Part shown: positions 53,101 through 64,000 of the stretch, one piece after another | Position numbering within the stretch: position 1 is the stretch's first letter | How the letters are laid out: each line of letters begins with the position of its first letter | Origin: Paraspadella gotoi | Taxonomy: Eukaryota > Animalia > Chaetognatha | Direction of reading: 5' to 3' | Assembly (NCBI GenBank): GCA_051294375.1 | Contig: CM119267.1 | Location: forward strand, 17,028,606 to 17,092,605 | DNA: 64,000 nt | Position numbers and translations under genes: made by a program | The notes under the pieces: model-generated | Databases searched by the model: none | What the model was told of the DNA's origin: nothing | Seen by the model: only the letters and a program-made list of their open reading frames with translations

Positions 53101-56100
53101 TCATATAAAAGTAAAAAAATAACAAAAAGTATATTTTTCGGTATTAATTTTTAAACAAAATCTTTATCAAATATAAAACTTTAATTTACTTAACATTAAA
53201 ATTCAATTAATTTTAGCCCAAATATTTTTAATGAAAGATAAAATAATTTTATGAAAAACAATTAATAGCTAAAAATATGTTTGGTATTTGGTGACAGGGG
53301 TTGGAGTCTATTATATAGTTGTTTTTAATTAAGATAAATATTTTTCAGTATGTTCAAGAATGTCAATTTTTACTTTGAGTTAAAATCTTTGTTAATGATG
53401 AAAAAATAGGAGAATTTTTTTAGATTTTTTTTATTTGAAAATCATATCCATAGGATATTTACTTTCCATATCGAGCTCGAATTTTTTAATATAATCAGCT
53501 AGGAAGGTATTGAGTAATCCATATCATATTCTGCAAAGAATTCTAATGAGCTTGGACATTCTAAATAAGATACAAAACATTTTTGGGCGACTTAAATTGA
53601 TCGAAGTTTACTCTTGTCAATCATATCAGGATACAACTGAATACGTTACATTGCAAATCTCTTTAAATGTATGCATCTTTATTGTTATTACTAATTTCAT
53701 TATTATCTGTTAATTTTTTTTTATTTATCAATGAATTAATCTTCTTTAATAATTTTATTGGTTCTGGGTCTGGTAGTAGACAAGTAGTTTACATACTTAT
53801 TACTTAATACTTATTACTTAATACTCATGCCATCTGGGAATAGTATTTTTGGGCTTAAAATATAGTAATAACAAATTGAAAATATAGTTGATAACGAAAT
53901 TAAAACAATAAAAGAAAATATATTATTTTATTTATCTTTAAAAATAAATATAAGCAAAATATTTTGATTCAGAAATTGCCTATCTTAATTAAGAAAAATC
54001 ATTTCTTTACCTAGGCAATTTCAGTAACACTTTGCTCAGTTAATCAGGCAAAATATTACCTAATATTACCTAATATTATCTATCATTTTCCGCATTACTC
54101 CCCAGGTGGGTGAGACGAGTACCAAATCAATACATTCACAATTAAAATGTATATTTATATGTATTTTAAAATTATGTAGTTCCGTTCCTTCTTTTCCCTT
54201 CTTTGCCATTTATTTTAGTAATTTGGACTTAATCATGAATGTAATACTGAATTTACAAATTTACTTAGGTGCGTGGAATCCTTGCACTCAATTCTTGATA
54301 AGGTCATGCAAGTGATCGGAATAATATCTTATGAGAAGGATCACCCTTTATTTAAGGCTTACATCGATACGCTGGCCCTGAAGAATTACCCCGTAAATAT
54401 TCAGTTTCATCCATTCTTTAATAATATTGAAACATTCTTATGAAATTGGTACAACTAATATATTTTATTGTAGATTCCATTGGATTTGCTAAAGCAGTAT
54501 ATAGGCTTATCTGGAATTCAGCACGCTATTCAAGAAAAGGGTGAAATACACAAATCTATTAGAGACAGATTGAATAATCCACGCAGTGTTTTAAAGAAGT
54601 AAGAAGGATATTTTCGGATTCGTAAATTAACTTAACAGCATCTCTTGATTAATTATAGTCTGTTACTTTTTAAGAGTGTTCCTGATGAGAGAGTATCAAC
54701 CCCCTCATACTTTGTATAAGTACGTTCACGATCTTCTTCACCCAGCGACCAATAGTTTAGAAGACCTCTGTTTTAAGTAAGTTTATTAATTGTCTTGCTC
54801 CTTTTTCTCTAATGGAGTAAAAAAATTAATTTATATCAATACTAAAAGACTTTTTATGGCTTATTTAAGTTCTTACTGTTATATATTGTGTTAGATTTGA
54901 AAACAGCGTCGAGGAATATTTATTAATGGGTCCGAGATCAGGAAGCCTTCTTCAAGAACAGGTACGACTGGCTTTTACAAGAAATTACTGAAAACATTGA
55001 TTTCATCTTCAGCTCATATAACAACGGCTGTGTGATTTCTAATTAGCTATTTTAATTTTTAGTTGAGTGATGCCTAATTTCTACCGCTCCTTTCATTATG
55101 TTATAAAAATAGCATTTTTACTTTCAGTATCAATTAAATCGCATTGCTTGGATTATCTCTGAATTATATGCCATGACGGCGGTAATTTCCCACGCTTCTA
55201 GATCTTTATGTTTAGGAGTGCAGTATAATGGTAAGATGGTTCTCATGATTATTCTTATACCTATCTTATTATTAATTTTATTTCTTTTTAACCCAATTTT
55301 GTTCATAGATTGGCCCCTTTAAGATCATTTTTAAGTCGATTATTTTTTATATCTCATAGTCAAAATTAGTCATATATAATATAAAGTACCAGGCCATGTT
55401 GGAAAATAAATAAGTCGCTGAAAATTTTACCCAACTTTTACTAGCTTTAATACAAAAAAGGAAAATATATATATATGAAAGAATTTGGCTTTTTGTGATT
55501 CGAATGAGCTACCGTTCATTAAAATACGATTAAAAAGACAGATGTAATGTGCAAATAAAAAGGATGTAAAAAAGTCTGGCCTTCTTTTTTTTATTTACAA
55601 TTCTTAAAAAATAGTCATATATGATTTATAATAATAATTTTTTCAATGTATTATTATATTTATATATAATGTAGCCTCTCTATCATTTGATATACATTTT
55701 AAATTATACCGGACAAATAAATACTATTATGTCAGCGATTTTTGCAACCTTCGCCACAATTATTTGTTTGCCTTGTTTTTTTCTTTTACAAAAAAACAAA
55801 AAAGCAAAATTGTACCATGTAAATTCAGAGAATGTGAATTTTAATTAAAAAAATTAAATTTTAGGCAGAATATTTTCATATATGACTTAATTTATACCCC
55901 ATAATTTTAATCATACCTCAATCGAAGAATCAGAAAGTTATATTTTTGGAGCAAAATTTTGCATTTAAGATTTTGGTGATGGAGAAAGCAAACTAATTAC
56001 TGGAATGGTTGCAAAAAATTTAAATAAAGTAAACTATAAAAGCAAAGCGAAAAATTTAGAAAACGTTTAGAAAAAGAGAAAATATCAGGAGACAATTTCG

Positions 56101-57414
56101 TCCACATGAGGCGGCAGTTCAATCACGGGACTTCAGGAAGCGAGCAGGTCCCTATTCTCACGCTGAAGGCAGACAGATAATCTCTCGAAGTGCTTTGACG
56201 TTTTGCCGAGGTCTAAGCCTGAATTTGTTGCTTGGAGTTTGGCGAAATCTTTAAGGTTTGAAAGTGCATCCATGTGATTTTTTTCCGCTTCTTATGTGAA
56301 AAAAATTCATTACACGAAAAATTAAAAAATACAAAAACTTTTTCAAAAACCACCTTTAACCTTCACTCCTAATCCCTGATAACCTTTAATTCCTAACCAT
56401 CTTAATTACCCAACACCATCCATAATTCCTAACCTAAAAAACGTTATGATATATGCGAGCAGAAAAATAACCGATTGGGCAAAGGTTAAATACAGTCATG
56501 TGCAAAAAAAAGCGTCACTTTTTATCAGCATTTAAAAATCGACTATTCTACAACAAAATTAAATAAAAAAATTTGATATATTTAAGATTAATCTTTTTTT
56601 TAAATATTTTTAGATTACAAATAAAATGAAATAGCACTGGATATTAGGAAGGATAGCTAGATAATTTAATTGAGCCACATTATTAAATAATAATTTCAAG
56701 GTTAAAAAAAAATAAGTTAAATATTAAGTTAATTGATTTTGAAGTTTTTCAATAGTTTTTTTTTTTAACATTCAAGTTTAAAAAATTATATTTTTTAATA
56801 ATTTAATCAATTATAATAAATTTTTAATTATTTTTTTTAAATTAATTTTTTATATAATTTTTAAAAGTATGCATATGCAGCTTTTTATTGCACATGAGTC
56901 TATTATTTTTAAATATATCTGTTATTCTTATTTGATTTTTTTTAATTTTTTTTTATTTTTTTCTTTCTGAAAGAGAAAAAGCAAACATATAATTGGTTGA
57001 AAAAAAATAAGTTAATATAAACTATAAAGAGGAGCTATAAAAGTAATCAAAACTAAAAAAATTTTGGCGACTTCCGACACTCTTTGCTTCAGCAACCATA
57101 TTCATTATCCAACATGGTAATTAATATCGGCCTGTTTCTAAATAAAAATTGTGTTTTTTCAGACCACGAAGGGCTAATGGCTCAGCTATTCGTACAAAGA
57201 CGTTATCTCAAGGTATAAATACCATGCTAAGTATGCTAAGTACAGTTTTCAATTTGACCGTTTTTTATCTTCTTTTTTTGTTCAGGTTGTGGAAGAATTG
57301 GAAGTGCTCGAATACTGCGGCTCTATAGACGCAGATTACTTCCACAAAATGGCTAGGGAGATAATAGAAGCGAAGGAATATATTCCCCGAAATCCCTTAA
57401 CAAGAAGCTTTTGA
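50153..57414 (+). CDS. ACAD9: ACAD9/VLCAD-family protein, probably complex I assembly factor
   Basis: Mitochondrial presequence; FLKKLFVG..FPEV; IPKSYGGLGL; YGTEEQKKKYLPKLATGE; GFKTWVPNA..D.F.V.AK; YVMESMAYMT; QYQLNRIA..LYAMTAVISHASRSL; C-terminal NPLTRSF. Confidence 0.85.
52505..52890 (-). mobile_element. Degenerate 3' end of a LINE in an ACAD9 intron
   Basis: Minus strand reads ..GVRKILRWNRWHSIRTLREFFG.. like an RT C-terminal tail, then a TG/AT-rich 3' region ending ctgtaa..gaataaa. Confidence 0.4.
56097..56272 (-). mobile_element. Second, shorter CRE-clade 3' fragment
   Basis: Aligns to 45595-45770; translates FERLSVCLQRENRDLL..PPHVD. Confidence 0.75.
56493..56900. mobile_element. Tc1-like MITE
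   Basis: ta-cagtcatgtgcaaaaaaaagc ... gctttttattgcacatgagtc-ta. Confidence 0.6.
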
Positions 57415-57634
57415 GAGCGTTCTTGCTTTTGATGTCATCATAAGAAATGAGCAGAAAAGCAAATGGCAGAAAACCTATAAACTTTAAAAAAATGTTTAGT
57501 GAAATCTGATGGCATTTTCATGTTTTCTGCATTACTCTGCTGATTTGTTTGTTCGGCTTATTTTACTAGTTTACTCGTTTCAGGAACATGAAAGACTTAT
57601 ACTTGCTATAGCGCTAGACTAACTTTGATGCAAA

Positions 57635-58084
57635 ATGTCTAATTTTGGTGGAAATTTTGACTTTCGAGTTTTCTCCGCTTGGTTCGCACGATTCGCCTTT
57701 GCAAACGGAATACCTCCTTTAGTAAACGCCGCATCGCAAATCCCATCTTCCCAGCAACCCACGCCTACACCCTCTGACACGCGCTGCGGCGACTTTTCTC
57801 ATCGCATCCCCCTCTCCCAACAAAGGGATATAGACCAAAGGTGGGTCGACGCTTGGCTCGTCGAACGCGGCCTTCTAAGGGCAGACGGAAACGGGATGCC
57901 CCCAAAGCCGCCACAGAGACGACGCCGCCCACCGACGTCGGAGGAGGAGAAGAAGAAGCGTCGATCTAAGAAGCGGGAATGGAGGCGTAGAAAACGGATT
58001 GAACGAGACTTTATAGGACACTCTATTAGAGAAGTTGAATCTCCGATGACGGAAATCGAAGTTTCAAAGGGAACAATTAATTAG
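57635..58084 (+). CDS. Intronless 149-aa protein, weakly PDCD7 (U11-59K)-like
   Basis: GC-rich exon-like composition between AT-rich spacers, upstream tttcag acceptor, aaaATG context; QRDIDQRWVDAWL and KKRRSKKREWRRRKR motifs. Confidence 0.6.
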   Translation: MSNFGGNFDFRVFSAWFARFAFANGIPPLVNAASQIPSSQQPTPTPSDTRCGDFSHRIPLSQQRDIDQRWVDAWLVERGLLRADGNGMPPKPPQRRRRPPTSEEEKKKRRSKKREWRRRKRIERDFIGHSIREVESPMTEIEVSKGTIN

Positions 58085-58318
58085 TCTCACCAGGCTAAAA
58101 GAAATTAAATAGTTCCTGCTAAAAAACCGAATCTCCAATTTTTATTTATTATTTTTGGAGTTTATATCGTATTTTACTGCGCAAGTCGACATTTTTCTTC
58201 TTATCAATTTTACACAGATACATATCTCTTAACATTATTATTGTGGACCTTTTTTACGCAACTATGACTAAATGGCCGACTTTTCCAAAGTCGAAAATCG
58301 ACGGACGTTAAACGATAA

Positions 58319-61300
58319 ATGGACCGGTTTTGGTCTTCGTTCCAGTTGCTGGTCGGCAGTGGAGGCTCGTCCATTGGGATCACTGATGACGATCACGTGG
58401 ACGATGGACCGGCGACCGCCGCGGTCGAAACTCCTGAAACCGAAAGTTTGGAAAAGACGAGCAGCGATTTCTTGTGTCAGGACTTGTTGACTTCCGGATC
58501 GAATTCTCTCTTGCGTATGGCCGAAGAAACGAACAAGGAAGATGCAGTCGCGGTAGCCTCCATCGGCGCCGATTCCCCAGGCGGTTGGGACATCAAAGGC
58601 CAACTCCTTGGCGCCGGCGCCAGGATGTGGTCTCCTATCTCTTCGTCACACAGGATCGTCAAAAATTTTTTGTGGGGCGTCGGGAGCGGCGCGGATTCCG
58701 GTGAGGGTCGATGTTTGGTATTTTATTTTGTTTAAAATATGAAGTTCAAAAATTATATCATTAATGATTTCCCTTACGCAGCTACTCGGACGGAACTGTC
58801 GACGAACGGTGCCGATGGCGACGTTCTCTGCTTCGGCGTCAACATTCCGCTCGAGAGTCGTACTAAGGAAACGGCACCCGGAGTCTATTTCTCGCGCGTC
58901 GATGTCCTCAAGATGGTTAAAAAGTGCCCTGGGGCTAGGTTTAAAGAGTTTAAAAGCGTCAAGGTGAGATTCCGGCTAAAACTGTGACTCATTACTGGAA
59001 TCATAAACCTCGAAGTTATGTGACGACTCACTAATTCAGGAGGCAGAGATCTTTGCCGCTTTGACCGAGGACGATCTTCTCAACGCCAGTCTTCTCTTGA
59101 AGACGCCATCCAAGCCTCGAAATCCTGTCTTTATCGATAGTCCGCCTCCACCGTCACCCCCAAGGCTGCAACCGCAGCAACAAACTGCCCTTCAGCAACA
59201 GCAGCAGCAGCAGATAAAGTTGAAGTTGTTGCAGCAACAACAACAGACTTTGATGAACGGCCCGGCTGGTAACGCTGAGAGGCTACCTTTTAAAGCCCCG
59301 AAACCTCAGGAACTGAACGCGATGAGGCGGTACATCAGTTCAGGTTGTTATGAAGGAATGCTTTACATTAAGAGAAACTAGGTAACGTGCTAAATATTGT
59401 TTGATGTAGTATTTCAAATTTTTTACGTTGCTTCAGGAAATATGGAAGCCTTACGCACTTTGATATGGTCCAACCCGCGCTACTTGATCTCGAGCGGTGA
59501 CACGCCCACTATTGTTCAACCCGGATTTCATTACACGGCAATGCACGTGGCCGCGAGGATCGGGAAGCACGAAATAGTTGGTTAGTGGAAAGCATAGAGG
59601 CTTTTAATGATTGCATTGTCTTGTTATTGTTGTCGACCCGATTGTTGTCATTGTTGTCGCTGCTTTTGGTCATTGTTGTTTTGAGCTGCCTTAGCATGCA
59701 GTATTAAACTTTGACTTTTAATATTATTTCGTAGAAATGTTGATAGCGACTTTGAGCGACGATCGTTTCATGAGGATTCTCTATGACAGCGAACCGGAAC
59801 AGGTTGTCAAGAGCCGACAGAAATTTTTGCTGGACCTTTACATAAACTTGCCCGGTAATTTTAGGGGGGGGGAATTAGTTTAACCATTTTAAATCGGGTG
59901 ATGATTATTTAAACTATGTACAAACTACTATGTATAAGACTTGGGGGTTACTAGAACGAGACTTTGCTACACAGATAAGGGCGCGAACGACACGCCGCTT
60001 CACTTGGCGTGCAAGTACGGCCACGCCGAAGTCATCCGAGTCCTACTTCGTCACCCGTTGACTTCGCGGAACGAAGTAAACAAATACAAAGAGACCCCGG
60101 CGCAGGTCATTTGGTCTCGATGTCCTCAAGCCGATTCCGAAGACGCCGATTCCGCGCGCCTCGAGATCGAAGCCCTCTTTGAGAGTCTCTACGTCGTTCC
60201 CATCTTCCGTCCCGATAATGGCATCGGTGTCCCGAAGATCTTAAGTCCCGCGCTTCTTTCGACCGGTATAGTGGCGGGGTTGAGGGGTAAAGTTATTAAA
60301 TTAGGTTCTGGCCTTATTTTACTTTTAACTTCGAGTTTTCTAACCCCGAATTAAGTTTCGACCTCGCTATCTCACTCCAAGTCGAACTCACACCATAGCA
60401 ACTACACCCTATGCGCCTATGCGGGTCCCATGTCGCAAAACCGAGCGGCGGACTTTCGACAACGCCTTTCGCGACCGGTTCGTCCTCCGGGCCGATCCAT
60501 AGTTGCGAGTATAAGTTCGACAGATTCGATGTCGCCCAGCGCCGCCGCCACCTTTGCCTCAGCCACGCCCCTCCCTTCCGGAACGAAGATCCGCCCTTCG
60601 CTTTCGACGCCCCCGTCCATCCACTCCTCGCTCGGCACCGTCAACGGATTATACTGCAATCAGTCGTCCTCCCCTCGCGTCGTCGATAGCGAAAAGGGCC
60701 TGGAGCATGAGGCCCGGCAACTGGCGTCGGAAATGGGTGTTGCTTGGCGGGAGAGATGGGAGTTTCTCGGACCTGAGCTGATCGATTTCGGTCGCGCAGA
60801 AGACCTTAACAAAATGGAAGAGTTCTTCGCGCAGACTTATAGGGCGGCGGCGGAGACTAATTTGGACGAGGCCGAGTCCTCTCCGCCATTAGAGGATTCA
60901 TTCGCCGACGACGACAGCCTCGGCGATTTGATCCACAGTTTTCGCAGCCAACTCGTCATCATGTCACCGTCAAAGGATGAGGCGGAGTTGCGGCACCCGC
61001 GGGGACGCCCACCGCTGGTAGAAGAGAACATTTTTCTATCAGGGACTAACGAACATCGATCGCCCGAGACTTTGCAAGAGCTTTGTCGAATGGCGAACCC
61101 GTTCGGGAACGTCGAGGGGGACATAAAACCTTTTAGGTCGTCCACTACGCCTTTCGAGGTTTTATTCTTCGTAAAGGGTGAGTTTTGAAAGGACGCTTGT
61201 CTTGTCTTGCCATTAAGCCGTTAAAATTTGACGGATGTCAGATTATCATTGCGAATCTAACATTTTCAACAATGAGTATTCTTTTTACACCTTCAGGTGA

Positions 61301-61791
61301 TTTACCTTCCAACATCGACGCGGAACTCTTTCACGCCCTCGACGCCGCTGGTGTTGATGATTCAACCTTCCCTCACTTGGCTAAATGGCGGCGTTGTTTG
61401 CGGTACCGCCACTCAGAGGAGGAGCGTCGCAAGTGGCCGTCGACTCCCGGCCTCACGAAGCCTAAGAGAGGGACGAACCTCGGTGCCGGAGAAGTGTCCG
61501 ACTTTTTTCCTTATCAAACAGGTTTTACACCAGTTGGGGTTTTTAATTTATTACAAACGTAATTGAATTTTTTTATAACTTCTATTTTTTATTTTTTGTA
61601 TAGGGCTAAGGCCTTTAACATTAGCCTTCGAAACGACGCCGACCATTCCGAGGAGAAAAAACTCTTTGTCGAAAAAGACAATGGACTCCTGTAGGAGTCG
61701 GTTGTACGACGAACTGACCGTTGACTCAAACGACAGCGCTGACTGTGTTAACAGTTGCAACAGTGATACTGTCTTCACATCTGAAAGATGA
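58319..61791 (+). CDS. ANKLE2: Ankyrin repeat and LEM domain protein 2
   Basis: VKKCPGARFKEF..EAEIFA; FKAPKPQEL; IWSNPRYLISSGDTPTI; DLYINLPDKGANDTPLHLACKYGH; YAGPMS; DSEKGLEHEARQLA..WRERWEFLG; FVKGDLPSNID. Confidence 0.93.
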
Positions 61792-62841
61792 CCACAGCCG
61801 AAGCTTTTTTTTTTCAATATTTTTAGAGACTGATTTTGGGATCTGTGCATCGCCGCGCTGTTATATTTTTTTCTGTTTTCGATTAATCGTACTGACATAA
61901 TTCTTTTAATTTTATGGTGGCTAGTTTTTTAAATTTGCATTGTCAATTCGCTCTCTTCCGCCCTTCTGCTTAATACGAGAACAGTTTTTATAGTAAATGG
62001 GAAAGTATTTTCCTTGGTCGTCCGTCCAACGAATTTAAATTTCATGGTGCCAAAGTAATCAATATTTTTTAACGTTGGAAGAATTTCATCCTAATGTAAG
62101 TTAAGTAATTTAAAGTAACCTCGGTCCTGGCCATTTTCAAAAGTTGCGAGTTTTTCAAAGTTTGATGGAAGCTAAGAAATTAGCCACATATTTTGGTTTA
62201 TGAGAGCTGACGATTTTTTTTTGTTCAGATGGGTGAAAATTATATAAACCCTTTGAGCTTGACCCGAGAGTTCCGGTTTTAAAATCCAGGAAGTTGATGG
62301 CTTTAACAATTGTATCTGCGGCGTCTCTGCTGCTGTGTGTACTGCCACAAGCAGCAGCGGAATCGGTTTTTAACTGGTCTCCAAATATTTCGGTGTTATG
62401 AAAAAACGCACATTAAATTTTGTAATATTGTCATTTCAAAGTCTAAGATTAATCAGTAGTTTTTTTTTCACGCTTGATCTTGAGCAGTTTCAAGGCGTCG
62501 AGATTTGAAAATTCTGTTCAATTCTCTGAACGCCCGTACTCTACGATCTATCCCTTTGTATTGAAATTATTATTTTTAATCATAACGTTATCGCTCTTTT
62601 TTTCTTTTTCTGTGAGATCGATTTACAGATGCCATATATTGTTTCTTAAAGTATTTTTAAATAGTACTGTTATTGAGTTATTTTTATTAGAATTTATGCA
62701 CCGCCACAATACCACCTTTTTATTTACAGTACGGAATTATACGTACTTAATGAGTGCCACGATTTTTTTTTAGCGTCAATCCTTTCGGGGAATTGCAGTT
62801 TCAAAATATTTTAACTTTATTGAGCGAACTTCTGCTACAAA

Positions 62842-64000
62842 ATGACAGAAAACATGTTCGGAGTGTTGGAAACTATCTCGGATCAGGCATCCCAACTTAC
62901 TGCTTTTGTTGACAAATTGCGCGGCGATTTCGAGACGGAAACCTCAAGAACAGATGAAGCGAAAGTAAGGAAAACTAATGAAGTTTAATGATATCACTAT
63001 CGTATATATTATATAAAATATATTGTATATGCATCTTATTCTTTTTTTTTTTTCAGAATATCGGATTAAGCTATCTCGACGTGAAGAACCTGCTCTTGTT
63101 AAATTATAATTGTGACATTGCTCATGTAATTCTGTCTAAATGCAAGGGAAGGTATGATATTCCACTGAGGCTTAGTTCATTGTTTGAGGGGACGGTGACT
63201 AATTAATCTGTCATCGTTTCAGGTCCCTCGTCGATAACCCCGCCGTCGATCGATTGACGGAAACTAGGACGGTGATGGAAAAGACTCGCGGCGTTGATCT
63301 CAAACTGAAGTACCAAATCGAAAAGCTCGTTAGAGCCGCCACAGTCGAAACTCAAGGTTAGAAAGCGACCATGACCATTCTTTACTAGTATCGTTTAGTT
63401 GTCTCGAGCGGATCGTGCAAATTCTTGGCAATCGTCAATTCTTCAAGCTTCATAATTGTTTAGATAAAGACAATCAATGCAACTTTAATATAGGCGCGGG
63501 TAACGATCCTCTCAGCTTCCGCCCGAATCTGACCGGTTTTGACGAAGACGATGACGTTGACGGAGATGATGACGATAAAACTAAATCGAAAAAGGACGGC
63601 GTGTATCGACCGCCTAAGTTAGCCGCAGTCAGATACGACGGCGACGATACTGAGGCGGTGAAGAGGGAAAAGCGGGCTAAGATAAGGTCCAGGGCTGTCG
63701 CCAACGCTGCCTTACTCAAGGTATTTTTTTTTCCATTAAAAAAAAAATCACCCAATATTGGCGATGTTATTAGTTATAAGTAAACCTTTATTTCTTATTT
63801 AATGTAACATTGAATGTTTACTTATTTCGTAGGATCTTGATCTGGACCGTGAAGAGCCAGAGGAAATATTCGAGAACAACGTTCACCGGTTCAAGGAAGA
63901 TCGAAGATTAGCGGAAAGAACCAAATATGAAGAGGACAACTTCACTCGCCTTGTACTGACCAAGAAAGACAAAGGTGAGAACTTTTAAGTGATTCTTTGT
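62842..64000 (+). CDS. NGDN: Neuroguidin (Lcp5 homolog), 3' end beyond window
   Basis: GLSYLDVKNLLLLNY..AVDRLTETRTVMEKTRGVDLKLKYQIEKLVRAA..DPLSFRPN..GVYRPPKL..ERTKYEEDNFTRL. Confidence 0.93.

Noticed and set aside
1-64000. Alternative genetic code, stop readthrough or prokaryotic operon
   Set aside because: In the junctions I traced, ORF breaks are explained by short GT/GC-AG introns, and the genes are eukaryotic families

Overview
AT-rich eukaryotic DNA, most likely an invertebrate animal (species not determinable from sequence), with many short (~55-90 nt) spliceosomal introns, so the ORF track shows only exon fragments. Manual splicing gives 19 protein-coding genes, ALL on the + strand: PLA2G15/LCAT-like (5' partial), RhoGDI, SLC17A9, single HMG-box protein, CCDC137, DRG1, NOL7-like, F-box/WD40, IK/RED, NDPK, H6PD, SMG7, TUSC2, FDX1, ENT/SLC29, ACAD9-like, an intronless 149-aa ORF, ANKLE2 and NGDN (3' partial). 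Many stop-to-start gaps are only 69-374 bp, contain a U-rich tract plus an unpaired 3' splice acceptor and often lack AATAAA. This is the layout of a long eukaryotic operon resolved by spliced-leader trans-splicing (inference). Larger introns hold a 3.7-kb foldback element, several MITE families, a 22-bp minisatellite-carrying element, CRE-clade and other LINE remnants, a tRNA-Gly-like SINE and two candidate structured RNAs. Gene identities come from recalled protein motifs, not database searches; exon boundaries are manual.
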